Assembly: GCA_963799845.1 (NCBI GenBank)
Contig: CAWCYI010000004.1
Location: forward strand, 512,001 to 576,000
Source of the DNA: an uncultured Nitrososphaerota archaeon
GTDB lineage: Archaea; Thermoproteota; Nitrososphaeria; Nitrososphaerales; CADDZS01
Length of the DNA: 64,000 nt
Direction: 5' to 3'
Under the pieces are notes generated by a model. It saw only the letters and a program-made list of their open reading frames with translations, made no database searches and was not told the origin of the DNA. Every line of letters begins with the position of its first letter. Position 1 is the stretch's first letter. Positions 51,786-62,128 of the stretch are shown here, piece by piece. The position numbers were made by a program, and so were the translations under genes.

Positions 51786-54700
51786 TTACGAGAGTCTCTG
51801 CGCAGCCCGGCTGAGGAGCATCTCCTTGGAAACTCCCAGCGGGTCGAGGACGCTTGCGCAGCAATCAGCCAAGAGCTCGATGTATCGCTTGGAATCGTAA
51901 TCGTTGTAATTTTCATTTGCGAATTCTTGCGGGTACGATCTGTCCATCCCCTTGCTTTCGTATCTCGTAATCACGTAGGAGATTGATTGTCCCGCCTGGA
52001 GCTCCAGGCCTTCGTTTTCAAGTTTCAGAGCCGCGTTGACCTGGAGCTGGCGCTTTGAAGAGTATTCACCGGGCTTTTTTGACAGCTGTCTCGTGATCAT
52101 GAGGTCGAATGGGGAGATCCTGTGGTCCTCCAGATTTTTTGCGTAGTTTTCAAAAATTTGAACGCCCGATGTACTCGCACATTCTCTCAGCTCCTGCTCG
52201 TTGTTGCAGAGTTCGAGTTTTGTCAGTATCTCTCCCTGGCATTTTTTGAAGTACGCCGGCGTATCGTGTCGTCTGTGTTCGATTCCCCGCACTTTCAGCT
52301 GATTTCCTTCGAAACACCCGAAGTATCTGTTCGTGATGCTTCTCGTCCTCGGATGAACTTTGCTGGGCAAAAACACGATCCACTTGTAGATGCCCTCCAG
52401 CGAAGCGTCGAATCCGGTACTTGCTTTGATTTCTCTGCAGAGCTGTTCGTAGTCATCTCTTGTTGCATTTTTCTTGTAGAGCCAGAGCGAGTCCACTATG
52501 CCGTGCATGACCCGGAAATTGAATGACTCTGCTGTCTGCATAGCTTTGACGAGAGTCTCCCTTGCAAGAGTGCAGACTGCGATGTGCGAATCGATCTTTC
52601 CGAATTTTGCGTTCCGGTATGAAAGATACCCGAAGCAATTGTGTGTGAAGACTGCTCCTTCTCCTGTAAAGAATCCAGGGATTTCGTTATTGGCAAGCTG
52701 AAAACAATAAACGTAATCGTCGGTTCTATCCAGTTCCTCGATTTTTCTTATTCTGGCAAATCCGAGAATCGCTCTGAAACATTCGTTTCACATTTTCAAA
52801 TGAAACTTCTGATTCTACTCTTAGTTTCTTTGCGGCGATCCTCTCGATCGTTATAGCTGTTCTGTATGGACAAGCCGTATCTCTTTGATCCATTCGGGGT
52901 GTCCTTATGGTACGTGCTTCCCTTGCCAGTAATACTAAGTTAGATTCTTCTGCAGGAAACATTTGGTATACAGGATGGCTGCAATTCAAGTTTCCATTTT
53001 GGTCACACGAATTTTCCAATGCAGGTTCCAAGATAGCGCGATGCGCTACTTTCAAGTACTTCCATTCAGAGATCTCTCTAAGAGTTTCAGGCCCGACAAA
53101 ATTTATGGTGTATAACGCGTTAATTGGCGGTTTAGAATGTGAAGCTATTCTGAAACCCAAACTCAGTGTAGCTGCGAGATAGCCAATTTGGTTCACGAAG
53201 TCTTTTGACGCTGTGGCAATGCTGGCAAAATTTCTGGCTTTATTCATACTCCCGTCGCCTGCCAGCATTCCTTCCAAGAAACCGCGCGCTACGATTTTGT
53301 CAGAATCAAATATTATCTGAGGGACGTTGAGCTTTCCTTTTTCAGAAGTATGGGGAATCTTGAGTACTCTTTCAATAAATTTGACAAGTGCCAAGTTGTT
53401 TATCTGAAGTACGTACATGTTCACATCTGTCTCCTTGTAAATCCGGGGTGATACTTGGAAGATTGACTCTGATATCTTTCGAGCGTTTTCAAGGAGATCA
53501 GGTTCGAAGTAGCCTATGTCCAGCCGAATGTAGGTGTTAGTTGTGCTCCCATCAGAGACGTAAAGACCGAGAAAGAAACCGAGCTCTTCGTTTATCGGTA
53601 TAACGGCAGGTATCCAGCTAGTTCTTCCGCGCTTTCCCTTTACTCTTCCAATTCCTACCCGCAGGGTGTTACGTAATTCAAAAGGAATGTTGAGAAGATG
53701 GAAGAACAGGAGTGGAATTGTTCCTGTCTTAATCCATACGCGAATAGCTTGACTACTGTATCCTGCCTTCATTGATTCTTTCAGTACGGCGTCTCTATTC
53801 TCCAGTATCTTCTCCGATAAGATTGAACCAGTTACTCTCCAGCGACCCGATTCAAAGTCCATCGACTTGACTAGGGCGTAAATCACATCGATGAACTTCT
53901 CGCTATTTTGCGACGATGGTAGTTTTTTTGCTACTGGAATGAAATTCCCTTTTTCGAGTTCTGAAGCTTGTTTGATCTCCAGATTTCCGTTTTTCAGCAA
54001 ATAAAATGGGTGATTGGGAGTTGCCACAACGCTTCTTCCATCGTCCATAGTGATTTGGAGCAACTTTTGTCGGTTCGGTACCTTGAGCAGTTTCTCGATT
54101 CTGCAAAATTTTGATTTGAAATTGTTTCCAATGCTGGCGACAGATATGTCTGAGGGACAATCAATGATGCCTTCCTTCTCCCCAGCTAAACTGTCAATAA
54201 AATTACCAATTTTTGCAAGTTGCACCAGTCCGTTTTTCTTGATTAAAACTGTTGATTCTTTGGCGAGACAGCAGACCAAAATCCACTTCAACGAGGCCGA
54301 TCTTTCACTGTAGATATTCCTCAGTGTATCATCGGTCTCGAGACTTCTGAGTCTCTTGTACTCCTTTCTTTTGTCCAGTGGGAGCACCAGGCTCCTCGCG
54401 ATTATGCCTTCTCTCTCGCAGATGTGCATCCCGAGCTCTTCCACCCAGTGTTTTCTCGAATCAGGACAGCACTCGCAGTTGATGGTCTCGGCGCTAATGT
54501 TGTATTTTCTGATTATGGAAGGGTACAGGGAGGCAAAATCGATCTCGCCGATGTGTTCGTATACGCCGCTCTTCTGCGGCTTGAACACCATCCCGCCCCG
54601 GTCTGCAACGAAGAGATCATACCCATTTTTCCCGTCTTCGACGATTTCTGGCTTCCACGGGACCAAAAGGTCTTGCTTTGTCGCGTAGTAAAACTGCAGG

Positions 54701-55705
54701 CTACTGAGGCACTTTCCGATGCTCGCCCGCATGGAAGTGTGGAGCGGAATCCGGCACAGGCGGGAAACTTCGAACAGACCCTGGAGCCGGCACTGGTCGT
54801 AGATGAACGTGTTTTCTTCATCCAGGTGCAGCCGGCCGAACAGCCGGTGGGTCGCCGGTCTGTACATGATTTTGCCGTAGGAGAAGTAAGTCTTTCCAGA
54901 ACTCTTCGGCACGTAATTGTCGATTGAATCGTCCCTGTTCAGGTTTCGAAGGTCGTCCAATCCATAACTTCTTGCTCTCGAATACAGGAACGGGAGAACG
55001 AACGAGTCTCCTCCGACGGTCAGCACGAGATCGGGATCGTAGCGCGCTAGTTCGCGGGCCGCGTCGACTATCATCTGTGATTCAGCGCTTTCAAATTCGA
55101 TTTTTTTCTCCGGTGAATCGTCGGGAAAAGTTGTGAGCGAGATCGCCTTGAGCCTTGAATCCATCCTCGGGACTCGATCGGAGACTTTTATCTCCAGCCT
55201 GAGAGTCTTGAGTTTTGGCGTCCCGTCAGCTGTAGCTCGTAACGCTGTCCAGGAGGAACCATTCCCTGATCGATCCATCCGGGCCGACATCCGCATCGAT
55301 CCGCGCCAGCGGAAAGAGATCTTTTTCGTAAAAATACAGCTGCTCCGGAAGAAAATCGACGTTGTACAGCTGCAGCATGTCCGGGTGGCGAAATATCTTC
55401 GAAAGAAATGTTGCGAGTTTTTTCCCGCTTCCAGCCTGTTTCAGTTCTAGCTCGAGTACTTCGGCCTTCTTCCTGCTGAACGGATCTATCCGCTTGTATT
55501 TCCTTCGCGTGAGCGAGACTAGATCGGAAGACTCGCCTGCCGAGCTCAGGTAATCGAGGTCGTTTGCGCCGGCGGCTGCGTAGATTCTCGCGCGCCACTC
55601 CCTGTCCTCAAATTTTACTGCCTCTCCATCGTTTTTCTGCACCCAAAAAGTCATGCCTCCCGCCTTGGAAGGATAGCAGTCGAGCAGATAGCCCTGGAGC
55701 AGCAA
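51786..55705 (-). CDS. polB2: Family B DNA polymerase, PolB2 group, intein-containing, with two apparent +1 frameshifts (~55227, ~52767)
   Basis: Motif A EIDFASLYPSII; motif B KWILVC/CFGY after splicing; PolB2-type motif C HGIVDSLW; KVRGIEHRRHDTP. Removing two bases gives a 1305-aa precursor and a 761-aa mature protein. Confidence 0.92.
52638..54270 (-). mobile_element. Intein with LAGLIDADG homing endonuclease (~544 aa)
   Basis: Block A CLAKESTV; block B ATPNHPF; FFLGLYVSDGS and FLEGMLAGDGS; blocks F/G YVYCFQL...FFTGEGAVFTHN followed by +1 Cys; more AT-rich than the exteins. Confidence 0.95.
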
Positions 55706-55714
55706 GTGAGGAAA

Positions 55715-55999
55715 TCACGCGCCGCGCAAAAACTCGCTTTTCTTTTGATCCAGGAGATCTATCGTCTTCTGCTGCGAGATGAGAAGGCTGAGTAGAAAGG
55801 CTTCCGTTTCGTAACCTTCCTTGCAGTTCTCTACGGCGTCTTTGAAAGTCCAGATTTTTTCCAGCATCCGTCTCAGGAGCTGCCGATCTTCAGACCTCAA
55901 AGCTTCTGCAAAAGATCTCCAAGAATCTGCTTCATCCACGAGTTTTGCTTTCTTGTCTTCGTCCGGTGTTTCATCGTTTTTCTTCAAATGTTTCTCCAC
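55715..55999 (-). CDS. PolB2-associated small helical protein (arCOG07300-like), paralogue 2
   Basis: WRSFAEALRSEDRQLLRRML...EAFLLSLLISQQK. Confidence 0.8.
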   Translation of the reverse strand: MEKHLKKNDETPDEDKKAKLVDEADSWRSFAEALRSEDRQLLRRMLEKIWTFKDAVENCKEGYETEAFLLSLLISQQKTIDLLDQKKSEFLRGA

Positions 56000-56695
56000 T
56001 CAAATTTCAGACTCTGCAAACTGCTTCGAGTAGTGCTTTGCCAGCGTTGCTCTCTGCCCAGATGGCGAATGAAGTTCGATGGCTGTATCGCACTTGGAAA
56101 AAAGTGATCCGACCCTTTCCTTTGAAGAGGCTACGACGAACATGCCGTTTTTTTTCTTGCCTGAGGCAATCCTGGCCAGGTCCTGCGCGATCAGAAGCTG
56201 CAGTACCTCGGTTTCGTCCGCGGTGTTGTCCTCCTCGTTGAACATGCTGTCTATGCCGGTGACGAAAACCGATCTGACCGGTTCCCCGGTTTTGGAAATT
56301 TCTTTTCCGAGCTTGTCTGAAACGAGCTTTCGAAGCTGGTAGCAGGTGAAGGCTCGAAATATCGTGATGCGTTCGCAAAACTTTCTTGCGGACGCTTCGC
56401 TCTTGATCGGCGCGCACTTTTCCACGATCAGGTACGGATCAAAAGAGTTTGCCGCATCGATGAAGATCGCCTGCTCACCGAATATTCGGATCGAATTTCC
56501 GCAGAGTATGTTCATCAACAGATCAGCATTCTTGCCGTACAAAAATGTCAGAGTGTTCGGAGCGAGCCCTCCGGAAAGGAGCGCGTCGATTTTGTTCCCA
56601 AAGACGAGCCCCCTCATCTGCGAAGCTTTTTTCACGAAGCGCATTGCACCGAGAAGGTCGTCGTCGTGTTTTTTCTCCTGCTGATACTCTAGCAA
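56000..56695 (-). CDS. Inactivated RadA-like ATPase (iRadA) of the PolB2 operon
   Basis: IDALLSGGL, degenerate Walker A (LYGKNADLL), FIDAANSFDPY, RAFTCYQL. Confidence 0.88.
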   Translation of the reverse strand: MLEYQQEKKHDDDLLGAMRFVKKASQMRGLVFGNKIDALLSGGLAPNTLTFLYGKNADLLMNILCGNSIRIFGEQAIFIDAANSFDPYLIVEKCAPIKSEASARKFCERITIFRAFTCYQLRKLVSDKLGKEISKTGEPVRSVFVTGIDSMFNEEDNTADETEVLQLLIAQDLARIASGKKKNGMFVVASSKERVGSLFSKCDTAIELHSPSGQRATLAKHYSKQFAESEI

Positions 56696-56708
56696 CTCGC
56701 CTTCCTCC

Positions 56709-56954
56709 TCAAAGAACCGTCTGGAGTAAAGACTCGAGCTGCGCTTCTCTCTCTAAAATAACCGCAAGCATCACGGAGCGCATGGGAACAAGTTTTACCG
56801 CGGCAGAACAGGCTTGGGAATTCTTGTCGCAAAACTGCAACATTTCCAGTAACAGCAATTTTTCCCTTTTGGGCAATTTTTTCCCGAAGGTCTGCATCAT
56901 TCGGGTGATCTCCTGCGAAATCACCATCTGAAATGCCGGAATCGTCCTGCCCAA
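56709..56954 (-). CDS. PolB2-associated small helical protein (arCOG07300-like), paralogue 1
   Basis: MGRTIPAF...SQACSAAVKLVPMRSVMLAVILE. Confidence 0.85.
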   Translation of the reverse strand: MGRTIPAFQMVISQEITRMMQTFGKKLPKREKLLLLEMLQFCDKNSQACSAAVKLVPMRSVMLAVILEREAQLESLLQTVL

Positions 56955-56958
56955 GATA

Positions 56959-56997
56959 TTTACAGTATAATTACAGTAATTTTACTATAGTTTTAAG
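56959..56997 (-). promoter_or_regulatory. PolB2 operon promoter with repeated TACTGTAA boxes
   Basis: Minus strand reads CTTAAAA-ctatagtaaaat-TACTGTAA-tta-TACTGTAA-atatc-TTG start. Confidence 0.6.
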
Positions 56998-57009
56998 CAT
57001 TTGTGGGTA

Positions 57010-57175
57010 GTCTCTTCATATACGAGTTCCCATTGATTCATTAAGAAAAAAATTTTCTGCGTTTCACACACGTGAGTACTTTTTGGCCGAAGAGCTACGT
57101 TCGAGCGCTGTTAGCTCAGAAGAGCTTGAAACGAGCTGAACGGAGCTCAGAGAGCTCGAAACGCCGAGTTCAATT
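57010..57175 (+). repeat. AGCT-phased non-coding element, internally deleted copy
   Basis: Matches the reverse complement of 63394-63530, then the exact 20-mer gagctcgaaacgccgagttc matches the reverse complement of 63111-63130. Confidence 0.88.
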
Positions 57176-57215
57176 CTTGGAGGTCAGCCGGTAGCTGTCC
57201 CGAAATCACGGCCGG

Positions 57216-57971
57216 TCAGCTTTCAGCGTCGTCCCGCGGATCGTATCCGATGACCTCTTTCGCGTGCGAGATGTCCCAGAAACGCCACTTGTTCTTTGAG
57301 ACGCCGTAGAAGACGTCGTATCTTACCTCGGTTTCAAGTGATTTTTCAACGAGTTGGACGAGATCGCGATGAGACAGCCACGTCGCAAAGAAGCGAACCT
57401 CCTCCGGTCTGGGCCGCTCGTAGGGGCGAACTGTTCCAATCCGAAGGCATATCACGGAGACTCCGTATTCACCCGAGTAATACTGCCCGAGCCCCTCCCC
57501 GAAAAGTTTGCTCGCGCCGTAGAAGCTGTCGGCTCTGGCGGGGGATAGATGCGACACCATTGAGATTTTGGAAGTATTGATTCCGCGAAACTCTCCCTTG
57601 ACTATGGAGGAGATCGGCCAGTCCTTCTCGTATAGTCCAGTGACATGGTTTGAACTCGCAAAAATTATTTTCCCGATCCCGTGCTTGCGCGAGGCCTCGA
57701 AAACGTTGTAAGTTCCCAAGATATTTTTCGAGTACACAGAGTCCCAATCAGCCTCGAGCGAGGAGTTGGCGGCGAGATGGATGACGGCATCCTTGCCCTC
57801 GAAGAGATGTTCGATATCATCCAGTTTCGTGATATCTCCCTTCACGCACTCTTTCCCGTCTGTTTCAACGTCGAGGCAGGCAAGTTCGTACCTGTCATTC
57901 AGAGCGGGCTTGAGGATTGTGCCGATTACTCCACAGCCACCGGTTATCAGCAATCGTTTCCTTGTGCTCAT
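57216..57971 (-). CDS. NAD-dependent epimerase/dehydratase, uronate dehydrogenase-like
   Basis: TGGCGVIG, FASSNHVTG, DSFYGASK, LRIG, WLSHRD, YGVSKN. Confidence 0.9.
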   Translation of the reverse strand: MSTRKRLLITGGCGVIGTILKPALNDRYELACLDVETDGKECVKGDITKLDDIEHLFEGKDAVIHLAANSSLEADWDSVYSKNILGTYNVFEASRKHGIGKIIFASSNHVTGLYEKDWPISSIVKGEFRGINTSKISMVSHLSPARADSFYGASKLFGEGLGQYYSGEYGVSVICLRIGTVRPYERPRPEEVRFFATWLSHRDLVQLVEKSLETEVRYDVFYGVSKNKWRFWDISHAKEVIGYDPRDDAES

Positions 57972-58183
57972 ATTCGCAAGTTCTCCAACCTACAGTCGAG
58001 GAACCTCCTTTTTCAATCTGTTTTCATAAGCAGGCTTGACTGTCCAATCTGTTACGCTATCAAGAATCCCACAGTGGGTTTTGCTAAAAAAAAGTCAGCT
58101 ATGATCCATGTAACTTCGGGTGGTTTACTTTCGTTTTGATAATGCATAGTCCGAGTTCAGGAAAAATTCAACTCGCCATCGAG

Positions 58184-59399
58184 TTACTTGAGGGAATCGA
58201 GAGAAAGAAGAAAAGCACCCGCGATCCCAATCAGTGCAATAGAGGCGAGGGCCCCGAATCCAAGCGAGAAGCTGCCGGTTCTGTCCAGAATTATCCCAAA
58301 AAGAACAGGCGACACGATTGAGCCGACGTTACTGAGAGTGTTGAACACTCCGAAAGTCATCCCGGCTGCGGAAACTCCCTGTCTGGAGGCATAAGGTATT
58401 AGAGAAAAATCTGTCGCAAAATATAGGTTTGCCCCAAAACCGATCCCAAAAATCAATACAATCGTTGAGCCGAGCGATCTTGAAATCCCGAAGAGTAAAG
58501 TAAACAGAAAAAGAAGTACCATTGAAACACCGATGGTTTTTCTGCTCCCGAGTCGGCGGTCGGAAATGCCGCCGCAATACGACCCTATGATCGTTGCGAC
58601 GCCTATCAGTGCCACGATCCCGCCGGCGGTCGAGTTTGAGACCCTGAAGGTTGAGATGAGATAGTCGGACGCCCATGCGAATGACCCAAACGTCACTGCC
58701 ACGGATGCAAAGTTGGGAAGCATCAGCGCAAACATGTTTCTGGTGAAAAGACCCCTTAACCACACCTTCTGTCTCGCGAGGGTTCCGGAGATAGTGCTTG
58801 TCGTCCAGATTGCCGGAAATATCAGCAGGATTGCTGTAACGATCGAGTATAAAGTCGTGGCCAGTAGTGGAGGCTTCCAGTCGATTCCGGAAATCAGGAG
58901 CGGAAGAAGCGATGATGCGACTAGCCTGTCCCGCCCCGTTTGCAGATCCGAAAAGACCCATCGCCTTTCCGAGCTCATTTCTAGGGAACCACTGGGATAG
59001 GAGCCGCACCATGGAGGGAAAGACTACGCCCCCGGAAGCTCCTGCAATAAATCGTGATGCGAGTATTGCGTCAAATGAGCCGCCCGTGATAAACGGTCCT
59101 GGTGCAAGCGCCATGACGAACGAGGCCACGAGAAGTGTCCTTGCCGACCCAAACCGATCGGCGAGGTATCCTCCAGGTATCTGCATGGAAGCATAGGGGA
59201 TGAAGTAGAATGAGGTCACAAGACCGGTCTGCGCGTTTGAGAGAACAAATTGGTCCGTGACAAGTTTTGAGATCGAAGGAAAGTCGAGGTTGGAAAGCAC
59301 GAAGGAGACTGTAGCTGCAACCACGATGACGAGGACAAAATATCTCCGTTCGAGCGGTGCGTTGTGCCCCATGAGCGAATTCTCGCGATCTTGGGTCAC
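58184..59399 (-). CDS. MFS transporter, +1 frameshift near 58925
   Basis: QIPGGYLADRFGS motif A; the two overlapping ORFs join at GAGQ/LVASSLLP. Confidence 0.85.
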
Positions 59400-59477
59400 C
59401 GATTATCTTAGTCTAGAAAAGCAATTCTGTACAAGTCTGGACTTCTTGGCACGATACTGCTCTAAAAAAACCTATTC

Positions 59478-59572
59478 GGAATGAAAAACGTCCCTCCGGG
59501 GTGCGGGTCAAGCCCACGGCTTTCCTTCCTTAAACGGATAGTCAAGCTCTGCCCCGGAAAGAACGTCATTCC
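59478..59572 (-). ncRNA. Putative structured RNA element upstream of the MFS gene
   Basis: Long closing stem ggaatgacgttctttccgggg / ccccggagggacgt-tttt-cattcc; G-U pairs occur only on the minus strand; followed by a T7 run. Confidence 0.45.
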
Positions 59573-59969
59573 AACTTTCGAGAACCCATTTAGCAGTTGT
59601 GGATTCCCGCCTCGATATCGGAAAGGGGAATAATTTGATGGGCAACCTTCGAGTTTGTGTCGGACTCTTGAAGTATTTGATTCCACAGTCCTACATTACC
59701 TGCTTGTGGCGAACGGAAATAAGAAAAAGAGAAATTCTCTGCAGTCAATCCGTTGGATATTAGAAACTGGCCCAAAGAATGGTAAGAAAACTAGGTTCCT
59801 CTCAAGTTTTCTTATGACTACCAGAATTTGACAATCTGTATACAATTTTTAGATAACAGAACCAAATATTTCATGATAAAGTCGAGCAAAATCTCGATCT
59901 CAACTCTGGCCAAATACGCATAATATCGTAATTGGCCTGCACGACGTTTCTACAGAGTATTCATTCCAG

Positions 59970-60410
59970 ATGTCGGAACAAGAAGCACAGGCCTCCGGAA
60001 GAAAGTCGTTTTTGGGATTCAACGATTGGTTAGAACCTGATGGTCCGGTAGACGAACCGCGTAGCGCGTCATCCGAAGAGCCGGTGATAACATTCGTTGA
60101 GCTCGCGATGCTCTCTATACTAGATTCTACTCCAATGACGGGGTACGTTCTCAGGAAGACGCTGCTCACGCAGTTCGGGCTGAAGACGAGCTTTGGCACG
60201 CTTTATCCCCGACTGAAAGCGCTCGAAAAGTCCGAGATAATCAAATATTCCGAGAATGTGGGTCGGCTCGCCACCCGCAAGTCCGGGATAAATTACGAAC
60301 TTACCCCATATGGTAAAAAGATCTTTAATTCGAACTTGAGATTATTTCAAGAGTACTTTAGAAAAATTCAGTCGAATGTCTCCGCTCGATTTCTTAAAAC
60401 GTCACAGTGA
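59970..60410 (+). CDS. PadR family regulator
   Basis: ILDSTPMTGY...SFGTLYPRLKALEK...YELTPYG. Confidence 0.9.
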   Translation: MSEQEAQASGRKSFLGFNDWLEPDGPVDEPRSASSEEPVITFVELAMLSILDSTPMTGYVLRKTLLTQFGLKTSFGTLYPRLKALEKSEIIKYSENVGRLATRKSGINYELTPYGKKIFNSNLRLFQEYFRKIQSNVSARFLKTSQ

Positions 60411-60658
60411 AATCCAGCTCAGTTTGATTTTTAGCGTATCAAATCACGAGCAGCCCCGATTTTTTGAATCCCAAAATTGCCCGAGTTTCGCCAGTTTTGG
60501 ATACCTAATATCCCGCAACCAAAAATCGATACTATCTGCGTTGGATATATACGTGATATATAGCTCACAAATCCATTTACGCGATCAGCATCTCTTAGAT
60601 TTCTAGTCAAGTATTAACCAGAAAACCCTTGCGATCAAAAATAGAGTGAATAAGAATA

Positions 60659-62029
60659 ATGTTTCTAAAAGACAGTAATGGTGCTAGATCTTCGGCGGCT
60701 ATTTCATTTAGCGTCTTGACGCTTTTCATTGTCTCTTCGATCTTTGTGTTGAGTGCCCTTGTGCCTACTACCGCTGCTCTAAATAATACGACGCCAGTCT
60801 TCAATGCTGCGTTTAACCTCAGTAGCGATAAGGGGAATGCAATGTACCCCATGGATGCGAACTCTGGTAGCCACGTCTACGTAGTGTGGACTGAGGGACA
60901 TGGAGGGATAATGTTTCGGTCCAGTTCGGACAACGGATCTACGTGGACTCCACTTTTGACTTCTCCGCCAATGAAGTTGAGCGTCGGTAGCTCATACATG
61001 CAGTATCCGGTGATACAGGCGAATGCGTCCAATGTTTATGTCGCCTGGACTCAAACGGTCGGTGGATTCCAGCAGATATATTTCGTCTCAAGCACTAATT
61101 ACGGCGCAAATTTCAGTACACCAATCGATGTTGATGGAAATACCACCACACAATGCGTCACGCCCGTTATCGGGTCTTGGGGAACTACCGTCTATGTCGC
61201 GATGGCGTGCGGCGGTGGTGGCGGTGTAAAGGGCTTTTCATATGTTGTCGCAAGTACAAAAGCCGGGGCCGCGGGATCATGGACAAAGCCGCTCTTGATA
61301 TCGCCGTTCCATGAGCCACAGCTTTACGCATCCGCCTTCGCGGGAGTTGCAGTTTCCGATCAAGGGATCGTGGTGACACAGGATAATGGTACTACTTGGA
61401 CGCCAGTGGTTATCTCTGGTTGTTGCGGCGGCGAACCGTGGGTGTGGGGATATGGCTCGAACATCTACATTGCCTGGGAAACTAAGGGTAGTATGAGCGA
61501 GACTTACTATGCGTACAGCCACGACAACGGTACCACGTGGACTCCAGAAATTTTGCTCTCGACGACAATCACGGATGCATGGGGACCAAAGATAGCAGCG
61601 TGGGGAAATAACGTGACGATAACCGTGACAGTGCATCCTGCCAGCCATTCAGCCCAGGATTACATCTACGTGTCGCACGACGCGGGCGTCAGCTTTACGG
61701 GTCCGATCGCCGAGAGTGGAACTTCGACAGACATCGGAACCACTCTGAATGTGAATGAGTATGGCAACTACCTGTTTGCGATCTACGGGAGAGAGACGAC
61801 TCCCAGCGGCACCTGGATTACGTATGCGACGTACAGCACCGATGGTGGAACAACCTGGGTTGCCGCGCCGGGAATTAACATCTCGAACAATGCGAACGGA
61901 GAAGCAGCGAATCCCAGTGACATTTCTTCGGGCTGGGTAATGAATTTCGGACCGGCGGCGTTCGCTTGTTGGTCTTACACGCCTTCCGGATCGTCAATTT
62001 CGCAGATATACTTCGCTTCATCTTCCTGA
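60659..62029 (+). CDS. Secreted BNR/Asp-box (sialidase-like) beta-propeller protein
   Basis: Signal peptide; repeated SxDxGxTW (SSDNGSTW, SHDNGTTW, STDGGTTW). Confidence 0.9.
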   Translation: MFLKDSNGARSSAAISFSVLTLFIVSSIFVLSALVPTTAALNNTTPVFNAAFNLSSDKGNAMYPMDANSGSHVYVVWTEGHGGIMFRSSSDNGSTWTPLLTSPPMKLSVGSSYMQYPVIQANASNVYVAWTQTVGGFQQIYFVSSTNYGANFSTPIDVDGNTTTQCVTPVIGSWGTTVYVAMACGGGGGVKGFSYVVASTKAGAAGSWTKPLLISPFHEPQLYASAFAGVAVSDQGIVVTQDNGTTWTPVVISGCCGGEPWVWGYGSNIYIAWETKGSMSETYYAYSHDNGTTWTPEILLSTTITDAWGPKIAAWGNNVTITVTVHPASHSAQDYIYVSHDAGVSFTGPIAESGTSTDIGTTLNVNEYGNYLFAIYGRETTPSGTWITYATYSTDGGTTWVAAPGINISNNANGEAANPSDISSGWVMNFGPAAFACWSYTPSGSSISQIYFASSS

Positions 62030-62128
62030 GAGAGTAGCGAGGAGTCATCCCTCTCCCTTTCTCTGAGGAGCTTTTTTCTGCATAGTTTTCTTATGGTTGA
62101 AAATATCGCGTGATCGTTTCCAACTTTT

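Noticed and set aside
52726-55296. Naturally split polymerase, split intein or programmed frameshifting
   Set aside because: Single-base removals restore one continuous frame, the C-terminal intein piece has no start codon, and no slippery sequence is evident.
56959-56980. LexA SOS box
   Set aside because: The CTGT half-sites are direct repeats, not CTGT-N8-ACAG, and the host is archaeal.
57090-57160. CRISPR array or simple tandem repeat
   Set aside because: The constant unit is only 4-5 bp with 5-7 bp variable spacers; there are no 24-40 bp repeats and no cas genes.
41922-59399. Numerous long antisense or overlapping ORFs in the track
   Set aside because: Shadows of well-supported genes on the opposite strand or in another frame.
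59500-59550. Hammerhead ribozyme or TPP riboswitch
   Set aside because: A GAAA-stem-UH motif is present, but the core reads UUGACUA rather than CUGANGA and stem I is not adjacent; there is no CUGAGA for TPP.
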